Source of the DNA: an uncultured Chloroflexia bacterium | GTDB lineage: Bacteria > Chloroflexota > Limnocylindria > Limnocylindrales > CSP1-4 | Length of the DNA stretch: 64,000 bases | Assembly: GCA_963849405.1 (NCBI GenBank) | Contig: CAWKHG010000007.1 | Location: 3,243 to 67,242 of the forward strand | Direction of reading: 5' to 3' | In this document: positions 1 through 10,266 of the stretch, in pieces | How positions within the stretch are numbered: position 1 is the stretch's first letter | Layout of the letters: every line of letters starts with the position of its first letter | Notes under the pieces: model-generated | The model's database searches: none | The model's input: only the letters and a program-made list of their open reading frames with translations | Told to the model about the DNA's origin: nothing | Position numbers and translations under genes: made by a program

Positions 1-27
1 GCCGGCATCCCGGCGCCGTACGAGTGA
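1..27 (+). CDS. 3' end of an upstream gene (…AGIPAPYE*), product unknown
   Basis: Open frame from base 1 ends in TGA at 25-27, 4 nt before the permease ATG; too short to identify. Confidence 0.35.
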   Translation, partial: AGIPAPYE

Positions 28-31
28 CTCG

Positions 32-1002
32 ATGGGCCGGTTCCTCGTCCGGCGCGCCTTCGAGTCGCTCGTCGCGCTGCTGCTCGCGTCGATCGTTCGT
101 GTTCGCCGCGGTGCGGAGCCTGCCCGGAGACCCGGCCCTCGCCCTCTCGGGTGAGGGCCGGGATCCAGCGGTCAACGCGGCGATCCGCGCGCGGTACGGC
201 CTCGACGAGCCGATCCCCGTCCAATACGTCCGCTGGCTGTCTCGCTCGCGGTCACCGGTGACCTGGGCACGTCGATCCGGACGCAGGCAGCCGGTCATGC
301 GCCGAGATCATCCGCCGGATCCCGGTCGACGCTCGAGCTCGCGCTCCTCGCCGGCCTGTTCGCGATCGTCGATCGGCGTCCCGCTCGGGATCCTCGGCCG
401 TCCGGAGGGCGTCGCGGATCCGACTACGTCGGCAAGCACGATCGGCCTCGTCGGGCTGTCGATCCCGACGTTCTGGCTGGGCATCGTCCTCATCCTCGTC
501 TTCGCCGTCGGGCTGGACGTGCTGCCGGCGTCGGGATACGTCCCGCTTCTTCGAGGACCCGGTCGACAACCTGCGCGGATGATCCTGCCCGCGATCGTCC
601 TGGGAGCCGGGCTCGGCGCCGTCCTGCTGCGCCAGGTGCGCTCGGCGATGATCGCGTCGCTCGGCGTCCGACTACATCCGCACCGCGCGAGCGAAGGGCC
701 TGTCCGAGCGCGACGTGGTGCTCGGCCACGCGCTGCCGGAACAGCCTGGTCCCCGTCGTCACGATCCTCGGCCTCGAGCTGGGTGCGCTCGATCTCCGGA
801 TCGGTCGTGACCGAGTCGATCTTCCTCATCCCCGGCTTCGGTCGGCTGATCATCGAGGCGATCTCGACGCCGCGACTACCCGGTCATCCAGGGCGTCGCG
901 CTCGTCAGCGCGGTCGCCTACATCGGGATCAACTTCATCGTCGACGTGCTCTACTCCGTGCTGAACCCGCGGGTCCGCGTGGTCGGCCGAGCCACGAGAT
1001 GA
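32..1002 (+). CDS. Peptide/nickel ABC transporter permease (DppB/OppB family), frameshifted in this sequence
   Basis: MGRFLVRRA start; RARYGLDEPIPVQY, GLSIPTFWLGIVLILVFAV, EAA-loop-like YIRTARAKGL and ESIFLIPGFGRL segments are spread over several frames; TGA 1000-1002 overlaps the next ATG. Confidence 0.85.
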
Positions 1003-1877
1003 CCGCGACCGCCGCGTGCCACGCTCGTTCGTGGGCCCGGGTCCGTCCGGCGGCTGCTGCGCGCGGCCGCCCGGCGGCGATCGGCCTGCTCGTCGCCGCG
1101 TCGGTCATCGTCGGCTCGGCGATCGCGGCGCCGATCGTGGCGCCGTTACGAGCCCGGCCGCGAACGACTTCAACGCCGTCCTGTCGCCGCCCGACGGGCA
1201 GTCATCCGTTCGGGACCGACGAGCTCGGGCGGGACATCCTGTCGCGCGTCATCTGGGGCGCCCGGGCATCGATGCAGGCCGGGGTCCTCGCGACGCTGCT
1301 CGCCGTCGTCGTGGCCGTCCCGGTCGGCCTGGTCGCGGGCTACTACCGGGGCGTGCTCGACACGATCGTCATGCGCGTCACCGATGCGCTGCTCGCGTTC
1401 CCGTTCCTGATCATCGCGGTGCGGCCTGGCGGCGATCCTCGGGCCCGTCGCTCCTGAACGCGACGCTGCGCGATCGGGATCGTCCAGATCCCGAAGCTGA
1501 TCCGGGTCACGCGGGGCGAGGTGCTCTCGCCTGCGCGAGGAGAGCGTTCGTCCAGGCCGCCGATCGCCGACGGCGCCCCGGACCGCAGCGTGATCTTCCG
1601 GCACATCCTGCCGAACGCCTTCAACGCCCTGCTCGTCCAGGCGACGGTCATCCTGCCGTTCGCGATCCTGGCCGAGGCGACCCTGTCGTTCCTCGGCCTC
1701 GGCGTCCAGCCGCCGACGCCGTCGTGGGGCGTGATGCTGACGGCCGCGCAGCCGTACCTCGGCACCGGCGCCGTGGTTCGCGATCGTCCCCGGCCTGGCC
1801 ATCCTCGTGACCACGCTGTCATTCAACCTCGTCGGCGATGGCCTGCGCGACGTGCTCGACCCGAGGCTCGCCGATGA
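999..1877 (+). CDS. Peptide ABC transporter permease (DppC/OppC family), frameshifted
   Basis: [41 protein letters not shown] and [19 protein letters not shown] motifs. Confidence 0.88.
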
Positions 1878-2864
1878 CGCCGGTCCTCGACGTCCGGGAC
1901 GTGTCGGTCCGGATCCGCGCTCCCGGGCGGGCGCGGCGTCCAGGCGGTCGACCGCGTCTCGTTCACGGTCAGCCAGCGGCGAGATCGTCGCGGTCGTCGG
2001 CGAATCGGGTTGCGGGAAGACGATGCTGGCGATGTCCATCCTGGGCCTGCTGCCGAACGGCGGCGAGATCACCTCGGGCAGCGTCCTGCTCGACGGCGAG
2101 GACCTGCGGCGCGCGCCAGGCCGGCCCGGATGCGCGACATCCGCGGCAAGTCGATCGGCACGATCTTCCAGGAGCCGATGACCTCGCTGAACCCGGTCCT
2201 GACGATCGGCCGCCAGATCGGCGAGGTCCTCGAGCGTCACGAGCGGCCTCGAGCCGGACGCGCGCGCGCCCGGGTCGATCGACCTGCTCGGGCTCGGTCG
2301 GGATCCCCGATCCGATCGCGCCGGATCGACCAGTACCCGCACGAGATGTCGGGCGGCATGGCCCAGCGCGTGATGATCGCGATGGCGATCGCCTGCGGGC
2401 CCCGCCTGCTCCTCGCCGACGAGCCGACGACCGCCCTCGACGTGACGATCCAGGCCGCCATCCTGCGGGTCATCGACGACCTCCGGAAGCGCCTCGACAT
2501 GGCGGTCGATCCTCATCACCCACGACCTCGGGGTCGTCGCGGACGTCGCGGACCGGGTCATGGTCATGTACGCGGGCCGCGCCGTCGAGGAGGCGACCGT
2601 CGACGACCTGTTCGCCGCGCCCGCAGCATCCCTACACCCAGGGCTGCTCGCGCGCGGTCCGGCATCCCGTCGCAGACCGTCCCTCGGTCGCGCCTCGTCG
2701 AGATCCCCGGCGTCGTGCCGACGATGCTCGCGCCCGGCGACGTCGTGCTCGTTCGCGCCGCGCTGCCCGCGCGCCGACGATCGCTGACGCGTCGGAGCTG
2801 CCGCTGCCTCGAGGACGCTCGCGCCCGGGGCACTCCGTGGCCTGCTTCCACCCGGGGCCGGGCG

Positions 2865-2868
<4 letters not shown>
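1874..2868 (+). CDS. Peptide ABC transporter ATP-binding protein (DppD/OppD), frameshifted
   Basis: Walker [48 protein letters not shown] and a C-terminal oligo_HPY region. Confidence 0.88.
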
Positions 2869-3945
<1,077 letters not shown>

Positions 3946-4000
3946 GGACGACGGACGCGCCCGGCCTGCTCCGAGCGCCGATTTCGCGGATAGTGGAGCG

Positions 4001-4816
4001 GTGATCGATCCCGGCCATCTCCTCGCCGCCGCGGCGCTCGCGGTGTTCGCCGGGACATTCGGCGCGTTGGTCGGCGTTGGCGGCGGCGTGGTCGTCGTCC
4101 CGGCCCTGACGATCCTGCTGGGCGTGCCCATCAAGACGGCGGCCGCGGCCAGCCTGCTCGGCGTCATCGTCACCTCGCTGGTCGCCGGCTCGCGCTACCT
4201 GGACGCCGGCACGGTGGATCGGCGCCTCGGGCTCGTCCTGCTGGCGGCGACATCGTCCGGTGCCGTGCTCGGCGGGTTCATCGCCAACGCCGTCGACGCG
4301 ACGATCCTGTCGGCCTTGTTCGGGCTCGTCCTGCTCGGCGTGGCCGTCCAGGTCGGCTGGTCGCGCGAGCGTCCGGCGTCCCACGTGGTCGAGAGCGGCG
4401 GGTTCCGCTCGTCCTACGTCGAACCGTCGACCGGCGCCACGGTCGAGTACCGCGCCGAGCGAGTTGGGATCGGCCTCGCGTTCTCGGTGGTGGCCGGCGG
4501 CCTCTCCGGTCTGCTCGGGATCGGTGGCGGCGTGGTCAACGTCCCGACGATGAGCACGATCATGGGCGTCCCGTTCCGGGTCGCCGTCACGACGAGCACC
4601 TACATGCTCGGGGCGACCGCAGCCGCGAGCTCCGCGGTGTACTACGCCCGCGGCCAGCTCGACCCGTTCATCGCGGCGCCGGTCGCCCTGGGGATCATCG
4701 CCGGAGCGCAGATCGGGGCGCGGGTCGGGCCGCGGGTCAGCACGACCGTCCTGCGCTGGGTGTTCGCCGGGCTGTGCATCCTGCTTGCGCTCCAGATGCT
4801 GGGGCGGGCCCTGTGA
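4001..4816 (+). CDS. TauE/SafE (TSUP) sulfite exporter family membrane protein
   Basis: Two GG-rich repeats ([14 protein letters not shown]; [14 protein letters not shown]) in a hydrophobic multi-TM protein. Confidence 0.85.
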   Translation: MIDPGHLLAAAALAVFAGTFGALVGVGGGVVVVPALTILLGVPIKTAAAASLLGVIVTSLVAGSRYLDAGTVDRRLGLVLLAATSSGAVLGGFIANAVDATILSALFGLVLLGVAVQVGWSRERPASHVVESGGFRSSYVEPSTGATVEYRAERVGIGLAFSVVAGGLSGLLGIGGGVVNVPTMSTIMGVPFRVAVTTSTYMLGATAAASSAVYYARGQLDPFIAAPVALGIIAGAQIGARVGPRVSTTVLRWVFAGLCILLALQMLGRAL

Positions 4817-5151
4817 TCGCGCCGCGGGCCACGAGTCGCCTGACGGCGGCCGTGATGCGGGCCGGGGCCCTGGTCGCCGGGATCGGCTTCATCGTGGGCC
4901 TCGTGCTGGCGCTTGCGAAGGGCGGCGCGGCGATCGGGACGGTGGCCATCGGCGACGTGGCGCCGGGCCTGCTGCGCCTCGACCCGTCGGCCTGGCTCAC
5001 CGCGGCGTGCATCGTGCTGATCTGCACGCCTGCCACGGCCCTGGTGACGACCGCGTTCGAGTCCTGGGGCACGGACCGCCGGTCCGTCGCGGTCTGCGGC
5101 CTGCTCCTGCTGATCTTCGGCGTCAGCGTCTTCGTGGCGACCCGGACCTGA
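4813..5151 (+). CDS. DUF1634-like small membrane protein, the usual TSUP partner
   Basis: GTG overlaps the TSUP stop; three TM segments; [10 protein letters not shown] resembles the LIATP motif. Confidence 0.65.
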   Translation: MIAPRATSRLTAAVMRAGALVAGIGFIVGLVLALAKGGAAIGTVAIGDVAPGLLRLDPSAWLTAACIVLICTPATALVTTAFESWGTDRRSVAVCGLLLLIFGVSVFVATRT

Positions 5152-5232
5152 CCGAGAGCGCCGTTATACTCGCTCGGCCGAGGTGGCCGCTCACCCCGTC
5201 GCCCCTGTCTCCCGCGCCCTTGGAGGACCACC

Positions 5233-5505
5233 GTGACCTCGAACGTCGGCCAGAACTATCCGTACTCGAGCGAGACGGACGCCGATCGTTCGGTCACGAT
5301 CAACCGCTTGCTGGCGAGCCGCGACGGGCTGTCCGCCACGGTCGAGGCGGAGACGACGCCGCTCGACGAGAACGATCGATGGTGGGTCTGGAAGTGCCCC
5401 ACGAAGGGCTGCCCAGGCCTGCTCCACGCGGCCGGCTACGCGCGGGACAAGCACGCCCTGTTCGTCGTCTGCGACGGCACCTGCGGCAAGACCTACCTGC
5501 GCTGA
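5233..5505 (+). CDS. Hypothetical 90-aa protein with four Cys (CPTKGC…CDGTC), possible Zn ribbon
   Basis: GGAGG SD at 5222-5226, TATACT -10 at 5165-5170, GC3-rich codons, hairpin right after the stop. Confidence 0.75.
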   Translation: MTSNVGQNYPYSSETDADRSVTINRLLASRDGLSATVEAETTPLDENDRWWVWKCPTKGCPGLLHAAGYARDKHALFVVCDGTCGKTYLR

Positions 5506-5509
5506 GGTA

Positions 5510-5529
5510 GTCCGCGTCCGGACGCGGAC
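5510..5529. terminator. Perfect 20-bp palindrome after the 90-aa gene; probable terminator hairpin
   Basis: GTCCGCGTCC-GGACGCGGAC; no U-tract follows. Confidence 0.5.
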
Positions 5530-5544
5530 CCGATCGCCCATCCG

Positions 5545-6449
5545 ATGACCGCCCCCATCGCCCCTGCCGTCCCTACCCTCCGCGAGGCTCGCCGGCGGCT
5601 GGCGATCGACATGCTCGGGATCATGGTGTCCGCGAGCGCGTTCGGATTCGTCTTCGGGCTGAGCGCGGCCGAGCACGGCCACTACTCCCTCGTCGAGGCG
5701 ATCGCGATGAGCACGATCCTCTTCGCGGGCGCCGCCCAGTTCGCCGGGGTGAGCCTGGTCGCGTCGGGCACGCCGTGGCCGGCCATCGTGCTCCTGACCG
5801 GGCTCCTGAACATCCGCCATCTCCTGTACTCGGCCGCCCTCGCGCCGTGGTTCCAGTCGGTCCCGCGCGTCAAGCGCCTGGTGGCGGCCCACCTCCTGAC
5901 CGACGAGGCCTTCGCCCTCTCTCTGGCCCACTTCCGGCGGCTCGGCCGGATGGACCTGGGCGGCTACTTCATCGCCGCGATCGTGTCCACGTTCATCCCC
6001 TGGAACGTCGCCACGATCGCCGGCTTCCTCGGCGGCCAGCTGATCGAGTCGCCCGAGCGCTACGGGATCGACGTCGTGTTCCCGGCCGCGATGGCCGGCC
6101 TCGCCGTCGGCCTCGTTACGGGCCGCCGGGAGATCGTCGCGGCCGGCGCCGGGATCGCCATCGGCGTCGCGGTCGCGCTGGCCTGGGATCCGCGCGTCGC
6201 GGTGGTCGTCGGTGGGCTCGTCGGGCCGCTGGTCGGCCTGGCGGTGCCGGGCCGCGAGGGCAGGGCGTCCGAACCGCATCTGGTTCCCGCGAACTCGGTG
6301 CCGCTCGGACAAGCCACCGCGCTTGCCGACGTCACCGCGGAAGAGCTGGGCGGGGGCCGCGCGCCGAGCGCCGCCTTATCCCGCCACCCGTACCGTTCGG
6401 GGACCTGCCCGACGTGTCCGACGCAGAGCACGAGGAGCGGTCGTCATGA
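5545..6449 (+). CDS. azlC: AzlC family branched-chain amino acid exporter; one frameshift in the C-terminal tail
   Basis: FAGAAQF, LLNIRHLLYS, HLLTDEAFA and GIDVVFPAAM motifs; the tail in another frame ends at TGA 6447-6449, overlapping the azlD ATG. Confidence 0.85.
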
Positions 6450-6778
6450 GCGTCGAGCTCGTCGGCCTGGCCCTGCTCATGGGCGCGGTCACGTACCCCG
6501 CGCGGGCGCTGCCGCTCATCGTGCCGGGGATCGATCGGCTGCCCCCGGTCGCCCTCGCCTATCTACGTCTCGTCGGGCCGGCCGTGCTCGGGGCGCTGGC
6601 GGCGGTGAACACCGCGGTCGTCGTCGACGAGGCCGGGCGCGGTCACTTCCACGTGGGCGTCGAGTGGCTGTCCGTGACGCTCTGCGTCGTCCTCGTCGCG
6701 TGGCGCAAGAACCTGTTCCTCGGGCTGATCGCCGCGGTGGCCCTCGCGGCGGCCGTGCGCGCGCTCAACCTGGGCTAG
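6446..6778 (+). CDS. azlD: AzlD domain-containing membrane protein
   Basis: MGAVTYPARALP…YLRLVGPAVLGAL; follows azlC with an ATGA overlap. Confidence 0.8.
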   Translation: MSVELVGLALLMGAVTYPARALPLIVPGIDRLPPVALAYLRLVGPAVLGALAAVNTAVVVDEAGRGHFHVGVEWLSVTLCVVLVAWRKNLFLGLIAAVALAAAVRALNLG

Positions 6779-6791
6779 GGCGGCCCTAGCC
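6773..6791. terminator. Bidirectional hairpin between convergent azlD and the RidA gene, containing both TAG stops
   Basis: GGCTAGGG-CGG-CCCTAGCC, 8-bp stem. Confidence 0.6.
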
Positions 6792-7175
6792 GCGTTGCGC
6801 GTCGACCTCGATCTCGATGAGCAGCGACGGCTCGATCAGTGCCGAGACCTCGACCATCGAGGCGGCGGGACGGATCGTCCCGAAGATCTCGCCGTGGACC
6901 TGGAGCACCTCGGACGAGCGGGCGATGTCCGTCACGAACATCCGGGTCCGAACCACGTCGGCCAGCGTGAACCCGCCCTCGACGAGGGCCGCGCCGATGA
7001 TCTCGAAGACCGCCCGCGCCTGCGCGCCGATGTCGCCAGGATGGCTCGACCGCCCGTCGGGGCCCGCGTCGGTCGTTCCGGATACCCAGCAGCTGTCGCC
7101 GACCACGAGGGCGCGCGAGTAGCCGGCTCGGCCTTCCCACGGACCACCCGAGGAGATCCGTCGCCGATCGGTCAT
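6786..7175 (-). CDS. RidA/YjgF family protein
   Basis: SGGPWEGRAGYSRA, VSGTT, DVVRTRMFVTDI and IRPAASMVEVSALIEPSLLIEIE. Confidence 0.9.
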   Translation of the reverse strand: MTDRRRISSGGPWEGRAGYSRALVVGDSCWVSGTTDAGPDGRSSHPGDIGAQARAVFEIIGAALVEGGFTLADVVRTRMFVTDIARSSEVLQVHGEIFGTIRPAASMVEVSALIEPSLLIEIEVDAQRG

Positions 7176-7182
7176 TGGGAGC

Positions 7183-8426
7183 TCAGCCGGCGCGCCACGA
7201 GCCCACGACCGGATCGCGGGCGACGGCCAGCAGGAGTCCGGCGGCGAGCGTCGTCCGGGGCACGATCGAGTCCACCTCGAGGTACTCGCCCGGGGCATGG
7301 TCGTTCCCGCCGATCGGCCCGAGACCGTCGAGGCTCGGGATGCCCATCCCGGAGGTCGTGTTGGCGTCCGAGGCTCCGCCGGTCGCCGCGTCCCTGAGCG
7401 GGAAGCCGAGGCGTTCGGCCAAGGCGACGGCGGTGTCGACGAGCCGCCCCGAGCGCTCGAGCTTCTCCATCGGCCGCCACGACGCCATCGTCTCCATGTC
7501 CATCGTCACGTCCGGCACGGCGGGTGCCGCCATCAGCTCCCGGACGGCCGCCACGGCCGCGTCCAGGTCCTCGCCCCGGATCGCCCGCAGGTCCACCTCG
7601 AGGCGGGCTTCCTCGGCCACCACGTTCGGACGCGTCCCCGCGTGGAGGACCCCGACGTTGCAGGTCACGCCCGGCCAGCGCCCGGTGAGCGCGTGGAGCA
7701 TCGGGACGAGGTGCGCGGCGGCGAGGATCGCGCTGCGGCCCTTCTCGGGCTCGACGCCGGCGTGCGCCGCCCGCCCGTGGATCGTGATCCGGGCGTCCAC
7801 GATGCCCTTGCGCGAGCTCACGATGTCGCCGTTGGCCCGGGCGCACTCGAACACGAACGCCGCGTCCACGCCGCCGGCGAGCTCGCGGATGATCGGGGTC
7901 GAGGTCGGCGAGCCGATCTCCTCGTCCGGGTTGGCGACGAACCACAACTGCTCGAACGGCAGCTCCCCGGCGGCTCGGGTGAGCGCCGAGAGCGCGTACA
8001 GGCCGGTCGAGCAGGCCGCCCTTCATGTCCGTGACGCCCGGGCCCGAACGCCTGGCCATCCGCGACCCGGAACGGGCGAGCGGCCGCGGTGCCCGGGTCG
8101 AAGACCGTGTCCATATGGCCGATGAGCAACGCCCGGCGCCCGCCGGGCCGGCCCCGGAACTCGCCGACGATCGTGTCGCCGAGCGTGGCGTGTTCGTGGC
8201 GCGTGACGGTCGCGCCGAGCCGTTCCATGAACCCGGCCACCCAGCGCCCGACCTCGTCGACGCCCGCGCTTGCGTGTAGCTCGCCGCAGTCGATATTGAC
8301 GAGCGTCTCGAGGTCGGCCAGGAAGGCCGGCAGGTCGGCCGCGACCAGCCCCTGGATGGCTTCGAGTTCGTCGGGGCGCACCGTGGCGCCGGCGGCCGAC
8401 GCACCGGCCGAGTCGAGGTCCAGCAC
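7183..8426 (-). CDS. M20 family metallo-hydrolase (glutamate carboxypeptidase-like), frameshifted
   Basis: LIGHMDTVF, GPGVTDMKGG, PDEEIGS, GRAAHAG and GGASDAN…DGLGPIGGNDHAPGEY motifs. Confidence 0.88.
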
Positions 8427-8471
8427 GAGGCCAGTCTATCGGCCCCATCGCCTTGCTATCCTGCCTGAGCC

Positions 8472-10245
8472 GTGCGACTCGTCGAGGTCAGGCCGCTCGA
8501 GGGACCGAACGTCTACCGGCTGGCGCCGGTAGTCAAGCTGGAGGTCGCCGTTGGCCGGCGGCGGACGTGGTACGGCCAGCGCGAGCCGGCCCACCACGCC
8601 CGGGTCCGCCTGGGGGCCGCGGTCCCGGCGGCCAAATGGCCGGACGGCGTCGCCGCCATCGCCGCGTGGGTCCGGCGGCTCCGGATCGACCACCGCGACG
8701 GCACGGCAGGGCTGGTCGTCCACCGGACCTCCGAGCCCGGGCACTGGATCGTGACCTGGCCGATGGCGTCGGTGGAGCGCGGGCGGGCCATCGCCGAGGC
8801 CGCGTTCGCGCTCGCAGAACGCGACGTCTCCCCCGCCCGCCGGGCGACGCTCACCGGGGCGCAGTCGCGGCTCCTCGAGCGCCACACGAGCGCGATCGCC
8901 ACCGCATCGCCGGCCGGGCCCACCTGGATCCGCGACACGGAGCGGCGAACCCCGATCGTGAGCATCAGCGGCACCAACGGGAAGAGCACGGTCACCCGGC
9001 TCATCACCCACATCCTCGTCCTGGCCGGCCGCCACGTCGGAACGACGACCTCCGACGGCATCCTCGTCGACGAGCGGATGGTCGAGGAAGGTGACTGGAC
9101 CGGGCCGGGCGGCGCGGCGCGCATCCTGGAGCGCGCACGACGTCGACGTCGCGGTCCTCGAGACCGCCCGGGGCGGGATCATGCTCAAGGGCGTCGGCTA
9201 CGAGTCGAACGAGGCGAGCGTGCTCACCAACGTCTCCTCCGACCACCTCGACCTCCAGGGCATCCACACCCTGCCGGAGCTGGCCGAGGTCAAGGCGACG
9301 ATCGCCCGGATGACCAAGCCCGACGGCTGGGCCGTCCTCAACGGCGACGATCCATACGTGGTCGCGGCCGGGCGAGGAGTTCGCGCGCAGATCGCGTACT
9401 TCTCGCTGGATGGCGAGGCCTCGGCGGCCGTGCGCCGGCACCGGGCCCGCGGCGGTCGGGCGTACCTCCTGCGTCGCGGTGCGCTCGTCGAGGTGGACGG
9501 CGCGAAGGGTGTCACCCACGAGATCGCCCGGGCCCGCGACATCCCCATCGCGATCGGCGGGCTGGCTCGCCACAACATCGCCAATGCCCTTGCCGCCGCC
9601 GGCGCCGCGCGGGCCCTCGGCGCGACGATCGAGGAGGTCGGCCGCGGGCTGCTCGACTTCCGGCCATCGATCGACCGCTCACCCGGACGGCTCAACATCT
9701 TCCGGCTGGGCGCGCGGCTGGTCATCGTCGACTTCGCCCACAACGAGGCCGGCATCTCGGCCCTGCTGGACGTCGCCGAGGGGATCGCCGGAGGCGCTGC
9801 GGGCCGCGCCGCGCCGATCACCGCGATCATCGGCACGGCCGGCGACCGGCCCGACGACACATTGCGCGGGATCGGCCGGCTGGCCGCCCAGCGAGCCCAG
9901 CGGGTCGCGGTCAAGGAGACCGTCAAGTACCTCCGCGGGCGGACCCGCGAGTCGGTCATCGGTGAGCTGATGGCCGGCGTCAAGGCGGGCGGCGTGAAGG
10001 TCGCGGACGTGCCCGTCTACCCGTCGGAGACCGCGGCGCTGCGGGCCGAGCTCAACGGCGCGGGCGGCACGATCGGCGCCGGCTCGGGCGCCCGGCCGGA
10101 TGCCCCGCGGATCGTCGTGCTCATGTGCCAGGAGGACCGCGAAGGGGTCTTCCGGCTGCTCACCGAGCTCGGCGCCCGGCCGGTCGACATCGCGTCGGAG
10201 CTCACGGCGCTCGTGCCGCGGCTGCAGGACCGCGAAGGGAGCTAG
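8472..10245 (+). CDS. Cyanophycin-synthetase paralog with a short N-domain fused directly to the Mur-ligase (M) domain and no ATP-grasp domain; one frameshift near 9130
   Basis: The start MRLVEVRPLEGPNVY parallels the CphA N-terminus; it then runs into PIVSISGTNGKST, GDWTGPGGA, VLETARGG, TNVSSDHL, PGRLN, DFAHN and GDRPD. Confidence 0.8.
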
Positions 10246-10266
10246 GCGCGGTCGGAAGTCGCCCGG

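Noticed and set aside
5545-6789. 414-aa AzlC as an AzlC-AzlD fusion or extension
   Set aside because: AzlD is in a different frame with its own ATGA-overlap start; the read-through comes from one indel in the AzlC tail.
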